This document shows, one piece after another, positions 1-12,912 of a stretch of 64,000 bases of DNA. The DNA is from Stegostoma tigrinum (Eukaryota), in assembly GCF_030684315.1 (NCBI RefSeq), contig NC_081396.1, positions 9,043,628-9,107,627 on the forward strand. Direction: 5' to 3'. The notes beneath the pieces are model-generated. The model did no database searches and was not told the origin of the DNA. It saw nothing but the letters and a program-made list of their open reading frames with translations. The number at the start of each line of letters is the position of its first letter. Position 1 is the stretch's first letter. Made by a program: the position numbers and the translations under genes.

Positions 1-790
1 GAACATTCCACATATATCTCCCTTAATCTTTCCCCCTCTCACCTTGAAACCGTGACTCCTGGTAATTGAGTTTCCCATTCTAGGGAAATGCTTCTTTCTA
101 TCCACCCTGTCTATACCCCTCATGATTTTGTGGACCTCAATCAGGTCCCCCCTCAACCTCCATATTTCTGATGCAAATAATCCTAATCTACTCAACCTCT
201 CTTCATAGCTAGAGCCCTCCATACCAGGCAACATCCTGGTGAACCTCCTCTGCACCCTCTCCAAAGCATCCACATCCTTTTGGTAATGTGCAACCAGAAC
301 TGTATACAGTATTCCAAATGTGGTCAAACCAAAGTCCTATACAACTGTGTCATGAACTGCCAACTGTTGCCCTCAATACCCCGTCCGATGAATGAAAGCA
401 TGCAGTATGCCTTCCTGACCAGTCTATCGACCTGCGTTGCCACTTTCAGTGTCCATGGACCTGAACACCCAGATCTCTCTGCGTATCAATTTTCCCCAGG
501 ACTTTTCCATATATTGTATAGTTCGCTCTTGAATTGGATCTTCCAAAATACACCACCTTGTATTTGCGTGAATTGAACTCCATCTGCCATTTCTCTACCA
601 AACTCTGCAAGATATCTATATTATACTGCATTCTCCAACAATCCCCTTCACCATCTGCTACTGCACCAAATTTAGTGTCATCTGCAAATTTGATAATCAG
701 ACCATCTACACCTTCCTCCAGATCATTTATGGATATCACAAACAACTGTGGTCCACCACCGATCACTGTGGAACGCCACTGGTCACACTT
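1..790 (-). mobile_element. CR1-type LINE fragment (RT C-terminal part)
   Basis: ORF 446..922 (-) contains GPQLFVISINDL...KFADDTK...WQMEFN..K.KV, typical of CR1 reverse transcriptase; boundaries approximate. Confidence 0.9.
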
Positions 791-1901
791 CTCCATTTTG
801 AGAAACTTCCTTCCACTACAATTCTCGGTCTCCTGTTGCAGTCTCCTGTTAAGGCAGAGATTCTTCAATGTGCATACCAGTTCAGGGAGGAGCAACAGAA
901 CGGTCATTCTGAGCTGCAGCACTGACAGAGATTTAAGTTTTGCAAATCTTTGTGGGAAACTAAAAACTTTCCGTATTCTTTACTGAAGAACAAATTTAGA
1001 AAGCTAATAACTTTCCCTGTGGAAGAAGCTCTTAGATTCTTCTGCCACACTGTAATTCCCAGTAATGACCATCTTAATTCACTCGATGTGTAAGAATCTG
1101 GTGCCTGAGTTAGTTCTCATGTCTCTTGTTGCTAACTGAAAGTTAAAGAAGGTGTTTCACCAGAACTGCAGGCGCCTTGCTTTCTTTGACTCCTTGTTTA
1201 GATTTTCCTGCTGCTCTATGAGAGGAAGAAAAAAGATACAAAGTGATTTGGTAGATTCTCTTTCATTTCCTCAGTTGCAGTTACCACGTTGTCGGAGTGT
1301 GTCTTTCAGAGCACATGCCAATGTTAGTGACCCTATGCCGGACTGAGGCACTCGTTTTATCTGAGTTTGTGAACCTCTTCAATCTTGCTGATGACTGGAT
1401 GAGCTGCAAATGGATCTGGCTGCTTTAAAAAGGCAAACATTATGCATCTGAAGGTGAAAGTTCATTCTGTTTCGAACCCAGTGTTTAAAGCGAGCGACAA
1501 AACTTGAGAAAAGATACGCAGTTCATGCTTTCTTTAGTGAACTTTGTGACACATGACATTTGCTGCTCACAGAGTCTCAAAAATGCATTCAGTTTATCAT
1601 CTTCATATTGGCTTTTGGGATCTGGTAGAAAGTTGATGTTGCCGGTGGAGATCCCCAATCAAGGAATGAAATGGCAGAGCAAGATCAAAGATCCGAGAGG
1701 AATATTGCTGCACATTGCCACATGTCTATTGGCGCACGTTATACTGCGTTGGCAATGCCCGAGGCATCCCATCAGTCAGTAGATTTATTTCATTAATTCA
1801 CAGGATGTGGATGTCGCTGCCTTGGTCGGTATTTGTTGCCCATGTAAGAGTCAGTTCTGTGGGTTGGGAGTCACGTGTAGAACAGACTAGATATAGATAT
1901 A

Positions 1902-3131
1902 CATCCCAGATGTCCAAGTTCTTTAAGGACCGCAACTTTCCCCCCACGGTGATCGAGAACGCCCTTGACCGCGTCTCCCGCATTTCCCGCGACACATCCC
2001 TCACACCCCGCCCCCGCCACAACCGCCCCAAGAGGATCCCCCTCGTTCTCACACACCACCCTACCAACCTCCGGATACAACGCATTATCCTCCGACACTT
2101 CCGCCATTTACAATCCGACCCCACCACCCAAGACATTTTTCCATCCCCTCCCCTGTCTGCTTTCCGGAGAGACCACTCTCTCCGCGACTCCCTTGTTCAC
2201 TCCACACTGCCCTCCAACCCCACCACACCCGGCACCTTCCCCTGCAACCGCAGGAAATGCTACACTTGTCCCCACACCTCCTCCCTCACCCCCATCCCAG
2301 GCCCCAAGATGACATTCCACATCAAGCAGAGGTTCACCTGCACATCTACCAATGTGGTATACTGCATCCACTGTACCCGGTGCGGCTTCCTCTACATTGG
2401 GGAAACCAAGCGGAGGCTTGGGGACCGCTTTGCAGAACACCTCCGCTCAGTTCGCAAAAAACAACTGCACCTCCCAGTCGCAAACCATTTCCACTCCCCC
2501 TCCCATTCTCTTGATGACATGTCCATCATGGGCCTCCTGCACTGCCACAATGATGCCACCCGAAGGTTGCAGGAACAGCAACTCATATTCCGCCTGGGAA
2601 CCCTGCAGCCATATGGTATCAATGTGGACTTCACCAGTTTCAAAATCTCCCCTTCCCCTACTGCATCCCTCAACCAGCCCAGTTCGTCCCCTCCCCCCAC
2701 TGCACCACACAACCAGCCCAGCTCTTCCCCCCCACCCACTGCATCCCAAAACCAGTCCAACCTGTCTCTGCCTCCCTAACCGGTTCTTCCTCTCACCCAT
2801 CCCTTCCTCCCACCCCAAGCCGCACCCCCCGCTACCTACTAACCTCATCCCACCTCCTTGACCTGTCCGTCTTCCCTGGACTGACCTATCCCCTCCCTAC
2901 CTCCCCACCTACACTCTCTCCATCTATCTTCTTTACTCTCCATCTTCGGTCCGCCTCCCCCTCTCTCCCTATTTATTCCAGTTCCCTCCCCCCATCCCCC
3001 TCACTGATGAAGGGTCTAGGCCCGAAACGTCAGCTTTTGTGCTCCTGAGATGCTGCTTGGCCTGCTGTGTTCATCCAGCCTCACATTTTATTATCTTGGA
3101 ATCTCCAGCATCTGCAGTCCCCATTATCTCT
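1902..3131 (+). mobile_element. Young 5'-truncated Penelope-like retroelement (GIY-YIG endonuclease region plus pLTR)
   Basis: Open frame to 2779 with FTCTSTNVVYCIHC..C..LYIGETKR.L..RF.EH and EQQLIFRLGTLQP.G.N motifs; flanked by direct repeat TAGATATAGATATA at 1888-1901 and 3132-3145; the paralogous site near 22140-22210 is empty. Confidence 0.92.
3001..3035 (+). ncRNA. Minimal hammerhead-ribozyme-like motif in the Penelope pLTR
   Basis: CTGATGA (3004-3010), an extra A, stem GGGTC-TA-GGCCC, then GAAAC-GTC with a palindromic ACGT stem III; Penelope-like elements are known to carry minimal hammerheads. Confidence 0.65.
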
Positions 3132-3781
3132 TAGATATAGATATAAGTTTGCTTCCCTAAAGGACATCAGTGAACTGGATCTTCTCCCTCCAACAAATAT
3201 TTCATTGCCAGCTTAAGCTCTTTTTTTCTGGATTGGTTATTAAATTCAAATCCCAGTAACCACCATGGCAGGACATGAACCAGGAACCCCAAAGCGTTAC
3301 CTCGGTCTCTGTAGATTGCAACACCACTTTAGAAAGCTTTCATCCGTCGGCTGGTGCAACGAGGTGTCCCATTTTAATGCAAAGGACTGCAAATCTAGTA
3401 TGTAATTCACACGTTGGTACAAATCACACTCGCGTCGTCATTTCAGTGAGTGTTTATGCCAATGATCTTGTAGTTGTTTGCCCAGGTTTTCTAAGAACTG
3501 GAAGCTTCTTGTCAACTTATCATACTGGAGAATGTATACTTCAGGGAAAAATAGAACAGGGATTGGCAACCATCACTTAAACTTCATTGGAATGCGGATT
3601 CAATTACAATGATGTAAAGGGACAAGAATTTCCTTCATCTCCTCTTTTCCATCATTACATTCTGTGCATTTGAATCCAACACAAGATAAATGAGAACGAC
3701 CAGGAATGAGACAGCAGAAGCACAGGTTTATCATGTAGAAATATTTATAAGTCTTTTTCCAATAATGAGAAGAGTGAGAAA

Positions 3782-4075
3782 TAGGATCCCTACAGTGTGG
3801 GATCAGGCTGTTCATCATTTCAAACCCACACCGACCGTTGAAGAGCATCACATTCAGAACTACAGCCCCAGCCTATCCAGAAACCCTGCATTTGCCATGA
3901 CCAATCCTTCGAGGCTGTACATCTTTAGACAGTGGGAGGAAGTTGGGGCACCCGAAAGAAGCCAACGTGGACACAGGGAGAACATGCAAACTCCACATCG
4001 ACAGTCTCCAGCATTTAGATCCGAACCTGGGTCCCTGGCGCTGTGAGCCAACAGATCTAACCACTGTGCACCTTA
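3782..4075 (-). mobile_element. HE1-type tRNA-derived SINE
   Basis: Reverse-complement similarity to the full copy at 19197-19520 (A/B boxes, GACTGTC...GTGGAGTTTGCA core). Confidence 0.85.
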
Positions 4076-4789
4076 TCACAGAATTTATTCAACCCGATGA
4101 GAAACCAGTGAGATCAGAGTAATTGCAGAATTGGATTTTGCTGTCACATCTGGGACTGAACTGTATTCAATCTGACAACTGAGATTAATTCGAATTGATA
4201 GCTGGGCTAGGGTTTAACATTTTGGCAATCAGTTTTCTGCATCTTAGAACGTAACTAGAAATGAAGTCTTTCTTCAGGTTGTCCTCATGTTTCTATAAGA
4301 TGAAATAAACAATAGTTCATTTATACTTTTTGCATTTTAAGTACTGTCTCAATGATCAAAACTGGTCAGCTTACATTTGGAACTGCAAACATAGATTGGG
4401 TAATTGCAATATAAAATTCAGTTTGTAAACTGAACCTTGAGTTTCTGGTCATTTGTCATTTTAATTTTCCGCCCCACTTCCACACTGGCCTTCGTCTCCT
4501 GCAATGCTCCAAGGAACCTGAATGGGAGATCAAGGAACAGCCTTCAATTCAGCACTTTCCAAGCATCCAGATTCAACATGGAGTTTAGCAGTTTCTACAC
4601 TACAGCATAGTGTAGAATGCTGCATCAAAAAGTCCCTGGAGCCTGAAGCTCTGTTTGCATGTGCCTGCTCCTTCTCATTTCCCACCCAATGGGAATAGTT
4701 CTTGCCTCACTCAAGCAATCTCAAAATTCTTGATCAAAACGACCACTTAATTATTGAATTTCAGGGACTATCTCCCTCCTAGTATGGTG

Positions 4790-5440
4790 ATACATTTTAG
4801 AAGAAGAGATAGAGAGGCAGTATATAATTAACGATGCAATTATAAAGAATATGCAGGGATCAAAGGATTTCTGTTTCATGTACACGTATCTTTAAGGTTC
4901 ATAGGATATATTCATTATCAGCAGAGCAAATTGGATCTCCAGCTTCATAAGCATTGGTATTGAGAACAAAAGGGAGGAAAGTAATACTGGACATTTATAA
5001 AGCTCTTGTTCGGCCTCAATGAGAGTGTTGTTTCCACTTCTGTTGCCAGGATCCTGGGGAGTGTGCAAAAGTGCTTTACCTGGTTCGCCTCGGCAAAACA
5101 AGTCGAGAAGAGATTTGACTGAGCTACAGGATTTACAACAGGTTTAAATAAGGTAGAGAAAGACAATGTATTCCCATTAGCAGCTTTTGCACAAATTAGG
5201 GACACATCAAAGTTCCTGGGAAAGAAGGGGGTGGGAAATATGTGTTAAGAACATTTTCACATAATTCATGGTGATGTTCTGCAGCTTGCTGCCTCTCATG
5301 GTGTCTGGAAAAGAACACTGATTGATTTGAAAACGAAATTGAGTCAGCTTTTGAGAGAAAGATCAAGCAGAACTCAGGATAGAACTCAGGAATGGGTGTG
5401 TGGTTCTACACAGCAAGAATGGACTCAAAATTCTGAACAG
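4790..5440 (+). mobile_element. Degraded CR1 LINE 3' fragment
   Basis: Remnants of LYK.LVRP.LE..V.FW and a 3'-UTR-like end. Confidence 0.6.
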
Positions 5441-5471
5441 CCTGCTCTGTTGATTCTGGAATCTGATTCTA

Positions 5472-6344
5472 GTGTAATGGAAATTAAAATTATAGGGGCA
5501 GACGAAGGGTTAAATCTTACAGTGATCAGCATGTAACGTAGAACTAAGGACTAGCATGATGTAATGGGGTCAACCTGCGGCGAAGGACCATTGTGACTGT
5601 TTTAGTAATAAATAAGAAACTTGGATACAGGCACAAGACAGCTTCTCGATGCAAATTAGCAACAAAATGGCTTCTAGGCTGCGAACTTTATTAATTCTGC
5701 TAGAGCTACATAAATCACTAACCCTCAGACTTCTGCAAAGGAAGGTAGTAGACAATGCGCTTTTCAGAATACAGTAGTATCCTGATAAGATAGAGGAGTA
5801 TGAACCACTCTAACTGATCTTCAAGTGCAGGTGCAGTGGCTCTCTGTCGGAAGATAAAAAAGTGATCTAAGTGTGGTGACATAAGTTGTTTACCAGTTAA
5901 TATCATTGGACTTAGTAACTGTCTTATAGATTAGGTACAAAGTAGAAGACCATTGTGGCAGAAAATAACCATAGTGTAATAGGTTAAGTTTAAAATAAAA
6001 GACCATTGTGGCAGGAAATGATCAGGATGGAATAGGTAAAGTCTAATAAGTAGAAAACCACTGTGGCAGAAAGTAGAGAACTGCTGCAGCAGAAAGTGAT
6101 TCAGAAGACGAATAGCTTCAGAGAGATAACAGGAGCTAACATAATTGGTCTGCTGCATAGCTTTGGAGAGATAACAACTGGTTATGCTGATAATCTTTGA
6201 AGAAAGTATGATAACTAAAAAGTAGAAAGAATAACGGACCCCGGGATTCGGGAGCAATCAGGAAATCATTTTCTGATTGTCACAGAATAAAAGTTTAACT
6301 TCCTGAAGAATTCTCCACGTCTCCTGGTAGGTTCTCCACTACCA
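5472..6344 (+). mobile_element. Candidate solo LTR
   Basis: TGTAAT... start, ...CTACCA end, AATAAA about 55 nt before the end, internal ~53-55 bp repeats (ACCA(T/C)TGTGGCAG near 5948, 6001, 6056); no TSD found. Confidence 0.35.
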
Positions 6345-7423
6345 GTGCAATCTCCCGTTGTATTCTAAACATTAGAATTCAGTTGTCACACACACCAAGG
6401 GTATTGGAGCAATAATATGGCTGTGGCCTCGAGTTGAATACAGCTCTCCAAGCTTAATCTAACCACAGTTTGGTTGTCTCCCTGCATTTTCTGTTTCACT
6501 TATAGCTCAAATCTTCTCCAAACAAAAGAACAGACAAATGCTAACCCTTCCAAATTTAGATGTTCATGTTATTCCGACCCTTACGGATCAAAAGCCTCTC
6601 ACAAATGTTGATGTAATTTTAGATTCAAGTTTTCCGCCTGTCAATGCTTCCACATGCCACCCTACTACCCCCGCCAATAAGTTCACAAATCCTTCATTGT
6701 CATCCGGGGCAGATAGTCAGCAGAGACAAACATTTCTCTTGGCTTGAGTTTGCTGAGCATACATCCTTTCCATCTCATCCTTTAAGGAATGAAGGTTATG
6801 CTTAAACTCTACTGCACCTCTCCTCACATGATGTGTCTTGCAGATTGCTGCCCCCAGTGGAGATGGCAGCAATAAGTTAGGCCCTCCAAAGGAAACAAAG
6901 TCACCAATTACAGGCTGTTAGTTTCGTGCTTGGAAGCTGTGGTTAAGCTGGGCCATTATGAAGCTTCCCTGTCCACTCTGCAGACTTCCCATTCACTCAT
7001 TTTCTCACTATCTAACTCATTAAACTTTTCATTGGACTCATCCGAGTACAGGTGACGACAAAGCTAATTCTAGTTCTAATTCATCAATAAGCTTGCATGG
7101 TCAGGAGAGACAGCAACACAGCTGTGACAATACAGTTCAGCGAATTTGGAGGCAATGTGGGAATTTCAAGCAGGGAGTAAGTGGTGTTTTCTGCTTGCTT
7201 CTTTTTTAGCTCATAATTTGTAAAGTTTTTTTAACAGAATAAATTGAAACCCAGGATCAGGGTTGCAGTGCAAAGGAGTGACATTAAAGCTTACTTCTGG
7301 CAAGTTGTGGTAAAGTAACCCGCTCCACCCAGAGCTCCTCTGCATCATCTGTTCTTTTTCATTCATTTTTCCCTTCATTTTCAGCTGTCCTGGAGCAGCT
7401 GGAGAGGAAGTAGTGCCAGTGCT

Positions 7424-7643
7424 GTGCAAGGAGAAGCAAATACTGAAGCAGTGTGAGAGGAAGCGAGCCCTGGAGCAGTGCAAGGGGAAGAGAGTCTCAG
7501 TGCAGCGCAAGGTGAATTGAGTCCCAGAGCAGAGTGAAGTGAACGAGTCCCAGTATAGTGTGAGGGGAAGCGAGTCCCAGTAGGGCGCAAGCAGATGTGA
7601 ATGCCGGATCAGCGCGAGGGGAATGAGTCCCTGTGCAGTGCAA
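7424..7643. repeat. Degenerate 26-27 bp minisatellite (about 8 units), probably the 5' UTR of a CR1 element
   Basis: Units resembling GTGCAAGGGGAAGCGAGTCCCAGTGCA start at 7424, 7451, 7478, 7505, 7532, 7558, 7585 and 7612; a CR1 ORF1 remnant follows downstream. Confidence 0.8.
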
Positions 7644-7934
7644 CTGACCTCGATGCAGCTGTGTGCCAGTGGAGAGTGGACTGGAGACTTGGAGGAGAGG
7701 GGATAGTTATTGGACTGCTGATTTGCTGCTGTTGAGGGGAGGTGGTGACCTCGTGTTATTACTGCAGGGCCGTTAATCCAGCAACCCTAGAAATTTTTCT
7801 GAGGACCTGGGCTTGAATCCCATCACTGCAGATGATGGAATTTGAAATCAATAAGTATCGGGAATGAAGATTCTAATGATGACAGTGAATCCGTTGCTGA
7901 TTATTTGGAGGGAAAACAAATCTGGCTCACTGAT

Positions 7935-8340
7935 AGTGGGAACTGCCGATGCTGGAGAATCTGAGATAACTAGGCGTAGAGCTGGATGAACACAGCCAGC
8001 CAAGCAGCATCAGAGCAGCAGGAAAGCTGACGTTTTTGGGTCTAGACCCTCCTTCAGGAATGTGGGAGGGAAGGGGAATTTGAAATAAATAGAGAGAGAG
8101 AGAGGAGGAGGCAGATGGAAGAGTGATAAAGGAGCAAATAGGTGTAGAGGAGACAGACAGGTCAAAGAGGCTGGGATTGAGTCGGTAAAGGTGAGTGCAG
8201 GTGGGGAGTTAGGGTGGGGTAGGTCAGTCCAGGGAGGATGAACAGGTCAAGGGGGTGGGATGAGGCTGTAGGTAGGACGTGGGGTTGGGGCTTGAGGTGG
8301 GAGGAGTGGATAGTTGGGAGGAAGGACGGAGACAGGTTAG
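7935..8340 (-). mobile_element. Penelope pLTR fragment
   Basis: Reverse complement resembles 2780-3130, including a degraded hammerhead-like core at about 8028-8058. Confidence 0.8.
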
Positions 8341-8649
8341 TAAGTATTTGTCTTTTGTATACGATATTCATAACAGGCATTTGGACTTGAAATGGCGCTA
8401 TTACAGACTGTCATTGTAAAACTTTTCACTGTGCTCCTGTACTTCTGTACTGGACTACACGTGACAATAAAGGATATTTTATTCCGTTCTCTTCTAAAAC
8501 ACAATTTCATTGGTTGGTGACAGCTACTAATTTGATCATATTGCATAAGTTACTTTCAATGTGAAGGTGAATAGGAGACATATTTGCAGTGCAGTACGAA
8601 ATTTCTAAAACTCAAAGTAAGAACTAAGTAATTAAAAGAGAGATCCTCG

Positions 8650-9060
8650 GACAGGTGAAATGATGTAACTGCATGAGATGGGAACTGATGGACGCCATTC
8701 TGGTTCATAGTGACCACAGCTGTAGCAAGTGCAAACCAAAGAAATGTGGTGCAGTAATTCAGATACAAAAACAGAAAATGCTGCAAAAAACTCAGCAGGT
8801 CTGGCAGCTTCAGTGGAAAGAAATCAGAGTTAATATTTTGGGTCGAATGAATCTTCCTCAGAACTGATATCAACGATTTCTCGCCACAGATGCTGGCGGA
8901 TCTGCTGAGCAACTGCAGCAAAAGTTGCTTGCTTGAGGTACTAAAGCTCAGAGTTGATGAGCTGGAGTCTGCTCTCTCAACACTGCGGGACATTAGGGAG
9001 GCGAGGAGTTACCTAGATGCTGTGTTTAGAGAGGTGGTCATGCCACCTAGACTATTTTGA
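8650..9060 (+). mobile_element. CR1 ORF1 remnant (zinc finger/leucine zipper) interrupted by a palindromic insertion
   Basis: CNCMRWE...DHSCSKC, then LLEVLKLRVDELESALSTLRDIREARSYLDAVFREVV. Confidence 0.75.
8765..8925. repeat. Palindromic (inverted-repeat) Penelope-derived short element
   Basis: TGCTGCA..ACTCAGCAGGTCTGGCAGC..GTGG is mirrored by CCACAGATGCTGGCGGATCTGCTGAGCAACTGCAGCA. Confidence 0.7.
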
Positions 9061-9489
9061 ATTTGGTCAGAGACAATGAGGGTGTTACTATGAATGAGGC
9101 AGATAGAGATTTCGGGGGGATACTGCTGAATGAAAGCAAACCCATGTATTTCTAGCTTAATCTGTGGTCTCAAACACTTCTTGTGATGTGCCCCACATTT
9201 TCAACACTCTTTCGTTAACAAAAGTGGGCGCTGACAACCTGAAAAAAGAATGCTGGAATATTCAGCCAGTTTCTGTCGAGGAAGAAGCATATTTTACATG
9301 ACGTGGCATCACTGCTTCTCTACACAGAATTGTTTCCCATCCATAGATATTAGCAGTCGTATTTTCCAGTGTGGATGCTAAAAAAAAAATTGCAAGGGGA
9401 CTAGAACTTTGAAATCCTGTTTAAATATAAGGCGCCTCCAATTTAAAATGAGACAAAAGAAATAAAACTGATCCAGGGTCATTGAATAT

Positions 9490-9680
9490 TCGAGGTTGTA
9501 AAATTGCCCACCAAGCCGATGTGTTTGATAGCAGACATTTCATCACCCTGCTAGATAACATCAATATCAGGACGATGTTCCCTCACAGGGTCACAAAACA
9601 TCTGCAATCAAGCACACCGGCTTGGTGAGCAAGTATACAACTTCATCCAAAACCTGAGCTGCAAATCTTCTCAAAAACTT
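9490..9680. repeat. Palindromic Penelope-derived short element (second family)
   Basis: GTTGTA..TTGCCCACCAAGCCGATGTG is mirrored by CACACCGGCTTGGTGAGCAAGTATACAAC; related to 18555-18610. Confidence 0.6.
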
Positions 9681-9779
9681 CAAATCATTTAATATTCATT
9701 CAGGTTGCAGCTAAGTATGTTCCCAGTGGGCAAGGGAGTCAACCCTTGATGGGATAGGCATGAATGTGGAGGAATGTGT

Positions 9780-10240
9780 CCTTGCTGACCAGATATCCTA
9801 AACTCATCTCCCATTTGTCAGCATTTGGCCCATGTCCCTCGAAACCCTTCTTATTGATGTACCCATCCAGATGGCTTTTAAATAGTAGCCTGCACAACTT
9901 CCTCTGGCAACTTATTCCATACACACACCACCCTCTGCATGAAAAGGTTGCCCTGTAGGTCCATTTTAAACCATTCCCCTCTCCCTGCACCCTCTGATTT
10001 TAGACTCCCCTTACCTTATATATACCCCTTATGATTTTATAAACTTCTGTAAGATCACCACTCATGCTCCCAAGCTCTGGGGAAAATAGCCCCAGCCTAA
10101 TCAGCCTTTCTGTATAAGTCAAGCCCTCCAACCCTGGCAACATCCTTGTAATTCCTCACTGCACCACTTCAAGTTTAACAACATCTTTCCTGTAGTGAAG
10201 AGAACTGAATGCAATGTTCCAATAGTGGCTTAACCAACCT
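9780..10240 (-). mobile_element. CR1 LINE 3' end
   Basis: Similar to the other CR1 3' ends in the window (20985-21620, 44280-44820). Confidence 0.8.
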
Positions 10241-12912
10241 TGTTGAAAGGCTCAGCAGACTGACCTGAACAGTGTATTTAAATCCTGAGTCATATGCTTA
10301 TATGCATGGTCATATTGAAGCTATTCACTGGGTGTAAGCATGAAAACTAGAAGTTTAAGTACGAAGTTTGACTTTGGACTGAATTCAATGAAGCCTTTGA
10401 TTACGGCGTGGAATCATGTTACCAAATGAATCCTTGCAAAGAGCTCACTGGGAAAATTGATTCAGCTCAACTTATTTCGGTGAGGGGACAAATGAGGGAT
10501 AAATGCCCAGGAGATGTGGAGAAACTAGAGATGAGTGGGGAGGATGTGGTAACACCGGTTTAGTCCACAAACCCCAAATAAATCGTTCCTGCTACTGTGT
10601 TTGAAGCTCTAGGATTCCCCCCCACCCCGGGATTACTCCAAGTTCTGTTTCTATCTTTTCTCCCTCGGGATCACATGCCCAACTATCTCGGTTACTACCT
10701 ATTTCTTGTTTAATAATAAAAACAAAAATACTTCCAAGCTTTTTGAAATGTTGAAATGGTGTCTTCTTCATTAAGTTCAACGTCATGAATGTACAACATT
10801 TGAATGCTCTGCAAGTCCAAAAGTAACCGTCCTCCAGTCCAAAAGATAGCTGTTAATGGTGATTATTCACGTCAATCAGAAAGTCAATTTTATTTCATTT
10901 ACTTGAGTGATTTTTTTTCAACCGAATGCGAGGGAGAAAGTTATTAAATCATTTTCTCCATGTTCATCACATCAATTACATTACCGTTATCAATATTAGA
11001 ACATAGAACATAGAACAGTACAGTACAGAACAGGCCCTTCAGCCCACGGTGTTTTGCTTCAAAAACAGTTACAGAGAAAATCTTCCCTCAATAAGTCTGT
11101 GCAAGCTGTCCCGAATAAAGAAACATTTTTCCGAATGGCCGTGAACTGTTTATCAAATTACCGTTTCTAAAAAGTTTTCTGCCACCGAGGTTAAACTAAC
11201 CAGCCTGTGTTGCTACTGTTAACCTTATATTGACGGTGTTTGAAGATTTGCCATCAGGTAATACCAATGAATGAGTGATTCGATTGCAATTACAGGACAA
11301 TGATAACTGATAAAGAGATCGATAATGAATTAAATTTCACAGCACATGAACTACCAATCACAAAGAAAGTCTATAAGTGAATTGCTCATAAAGATCAATT
11401 AGTTCTCTTGGTATTGTGGAGTGAAAACGCCCGTGGATGTTTTAAATTTGGAATACTAGCAGGTAATGATGGAGATGCTCAACTGTGCTGACTGATTCAG
11501 TGGAGGCAGAAATTGATTTGCTTTTCACGTCTGTGAACAGGTGAGATGGGTCAGTGAGTGGATGTGGTAAGATGAACAAAAGGGAAAGTTGTGAAATCGA
11601 TCAGAGCGCTCAAGGTGCAGAAGATATGCTTGTGTGAAGCGTGGATAGGTAAATAGGAACCATAAATGTAAAGAAAATCGTAGAAGAGCAAGAACAGAAA
11701 GAGATCTCTGAGAGAAACACCAAGTAAAATGGGACAGGAATCCAATCACGCAATTCTTGAACTTGAACTCTACAAGGCTGAAAATTGCATCCTGCAATTA
11801 CTCAGTTCAGATGGAGAGTCTTAGATCTGCTAACTTTGCTCATTCCCTCTACAGTAGTACAGTTCAGATCAGAGGATTACTTGCTCCCAACCCTTGGCTG
11901 CATAGAAACTGACATTGGACTGTCCCACTTCTGGGCAACGCCGAGTAAAGAGTTAGTTTGCGCGAGCTGGTAGCACGTAAATTTCTACTCATTCAGTACC
12001 CGACGACAGACAAATCAGGATGTCACGTGACTTGAAAGTTCTGGCATTCATATGCAATGCTTGTCTTTCTACATGATAAGCATCTGGGGACTACATTCAA
12101 TTTTGGTCCAGTTATGGACATATCAAAACCTTCATCCTTGCCTCTGTACCTCTCCATCTCCTTCCATTATTCACAGATACCGACTGGTTCCCTTCACTGA
12201 AGAAAAACAGCGAATTAGTTTGCTTTATAATGACAATCCATCAACTTTTATGGTCATTTTGTTCCTCACAGTGCCATCTTCACACATTGCAAATTCACCA
12301 CCTTGATTTCACACATACCCTTGTGTTTTAGTGGATTCTCTGTCAAGAATTTTTTCCACTGCGACAAATCAGTCCCACGGGCAATTTGGAGGGATGGATT
12401 TGCAGTCGGGAAAGTTGATGTAAACATTGTGGCACAGCAGACTCACTGGTATACTCTCTCTTTCTTGCAGGAAAATGTTGGAATGAATGCAAGAGTGCAG
12501 CGCAGAACCAGCATGGCCTGCAATCTAAGAGTTATATTGAGGGACAATACAAAACACTTTCGTGACATTCAGTGTCACTGACAGCTTTGGGAATCATCAT
12601 GATGTGCTGTTATATATAATTCTCATCATAATATTTTGAAGTGAGACTATATGCAAGATTAAAATGGTGAGAACAAACATATCTTCGTTTCCACGACATT
12701 ATCCTACTTGGAAGTGATCTTATTGTCCTTTATTCCCCTGTGTTTGTATGAACAAGTACTGGTCTATCTCCAGGGAGTGCTGGCACATTACAGAAGGTAA
12801 AGCAGGAGAATGTAACAGCATCAAGATGTCATAAGTAAATGAACATAATAAGCGATGGACAGACTGTAATGTTGAACTCAAATTGAATTTTACTGTGATT
12901 TATGTGATTTTC

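Noticed and set aside
1715-1901. N-terminal extension of the 354-aa ORF as a chimeric gene
   Set aside because: Chance read-through from flanking repeat DNA upstream of the TSD, with a non-ATG start.
7424-7643. CRISPR-like regular repeat
   Set aside because: No unique spacers, degenerate tandem units and a eukaryotic context; consistent with a LINE 5' UTR minisatellite.
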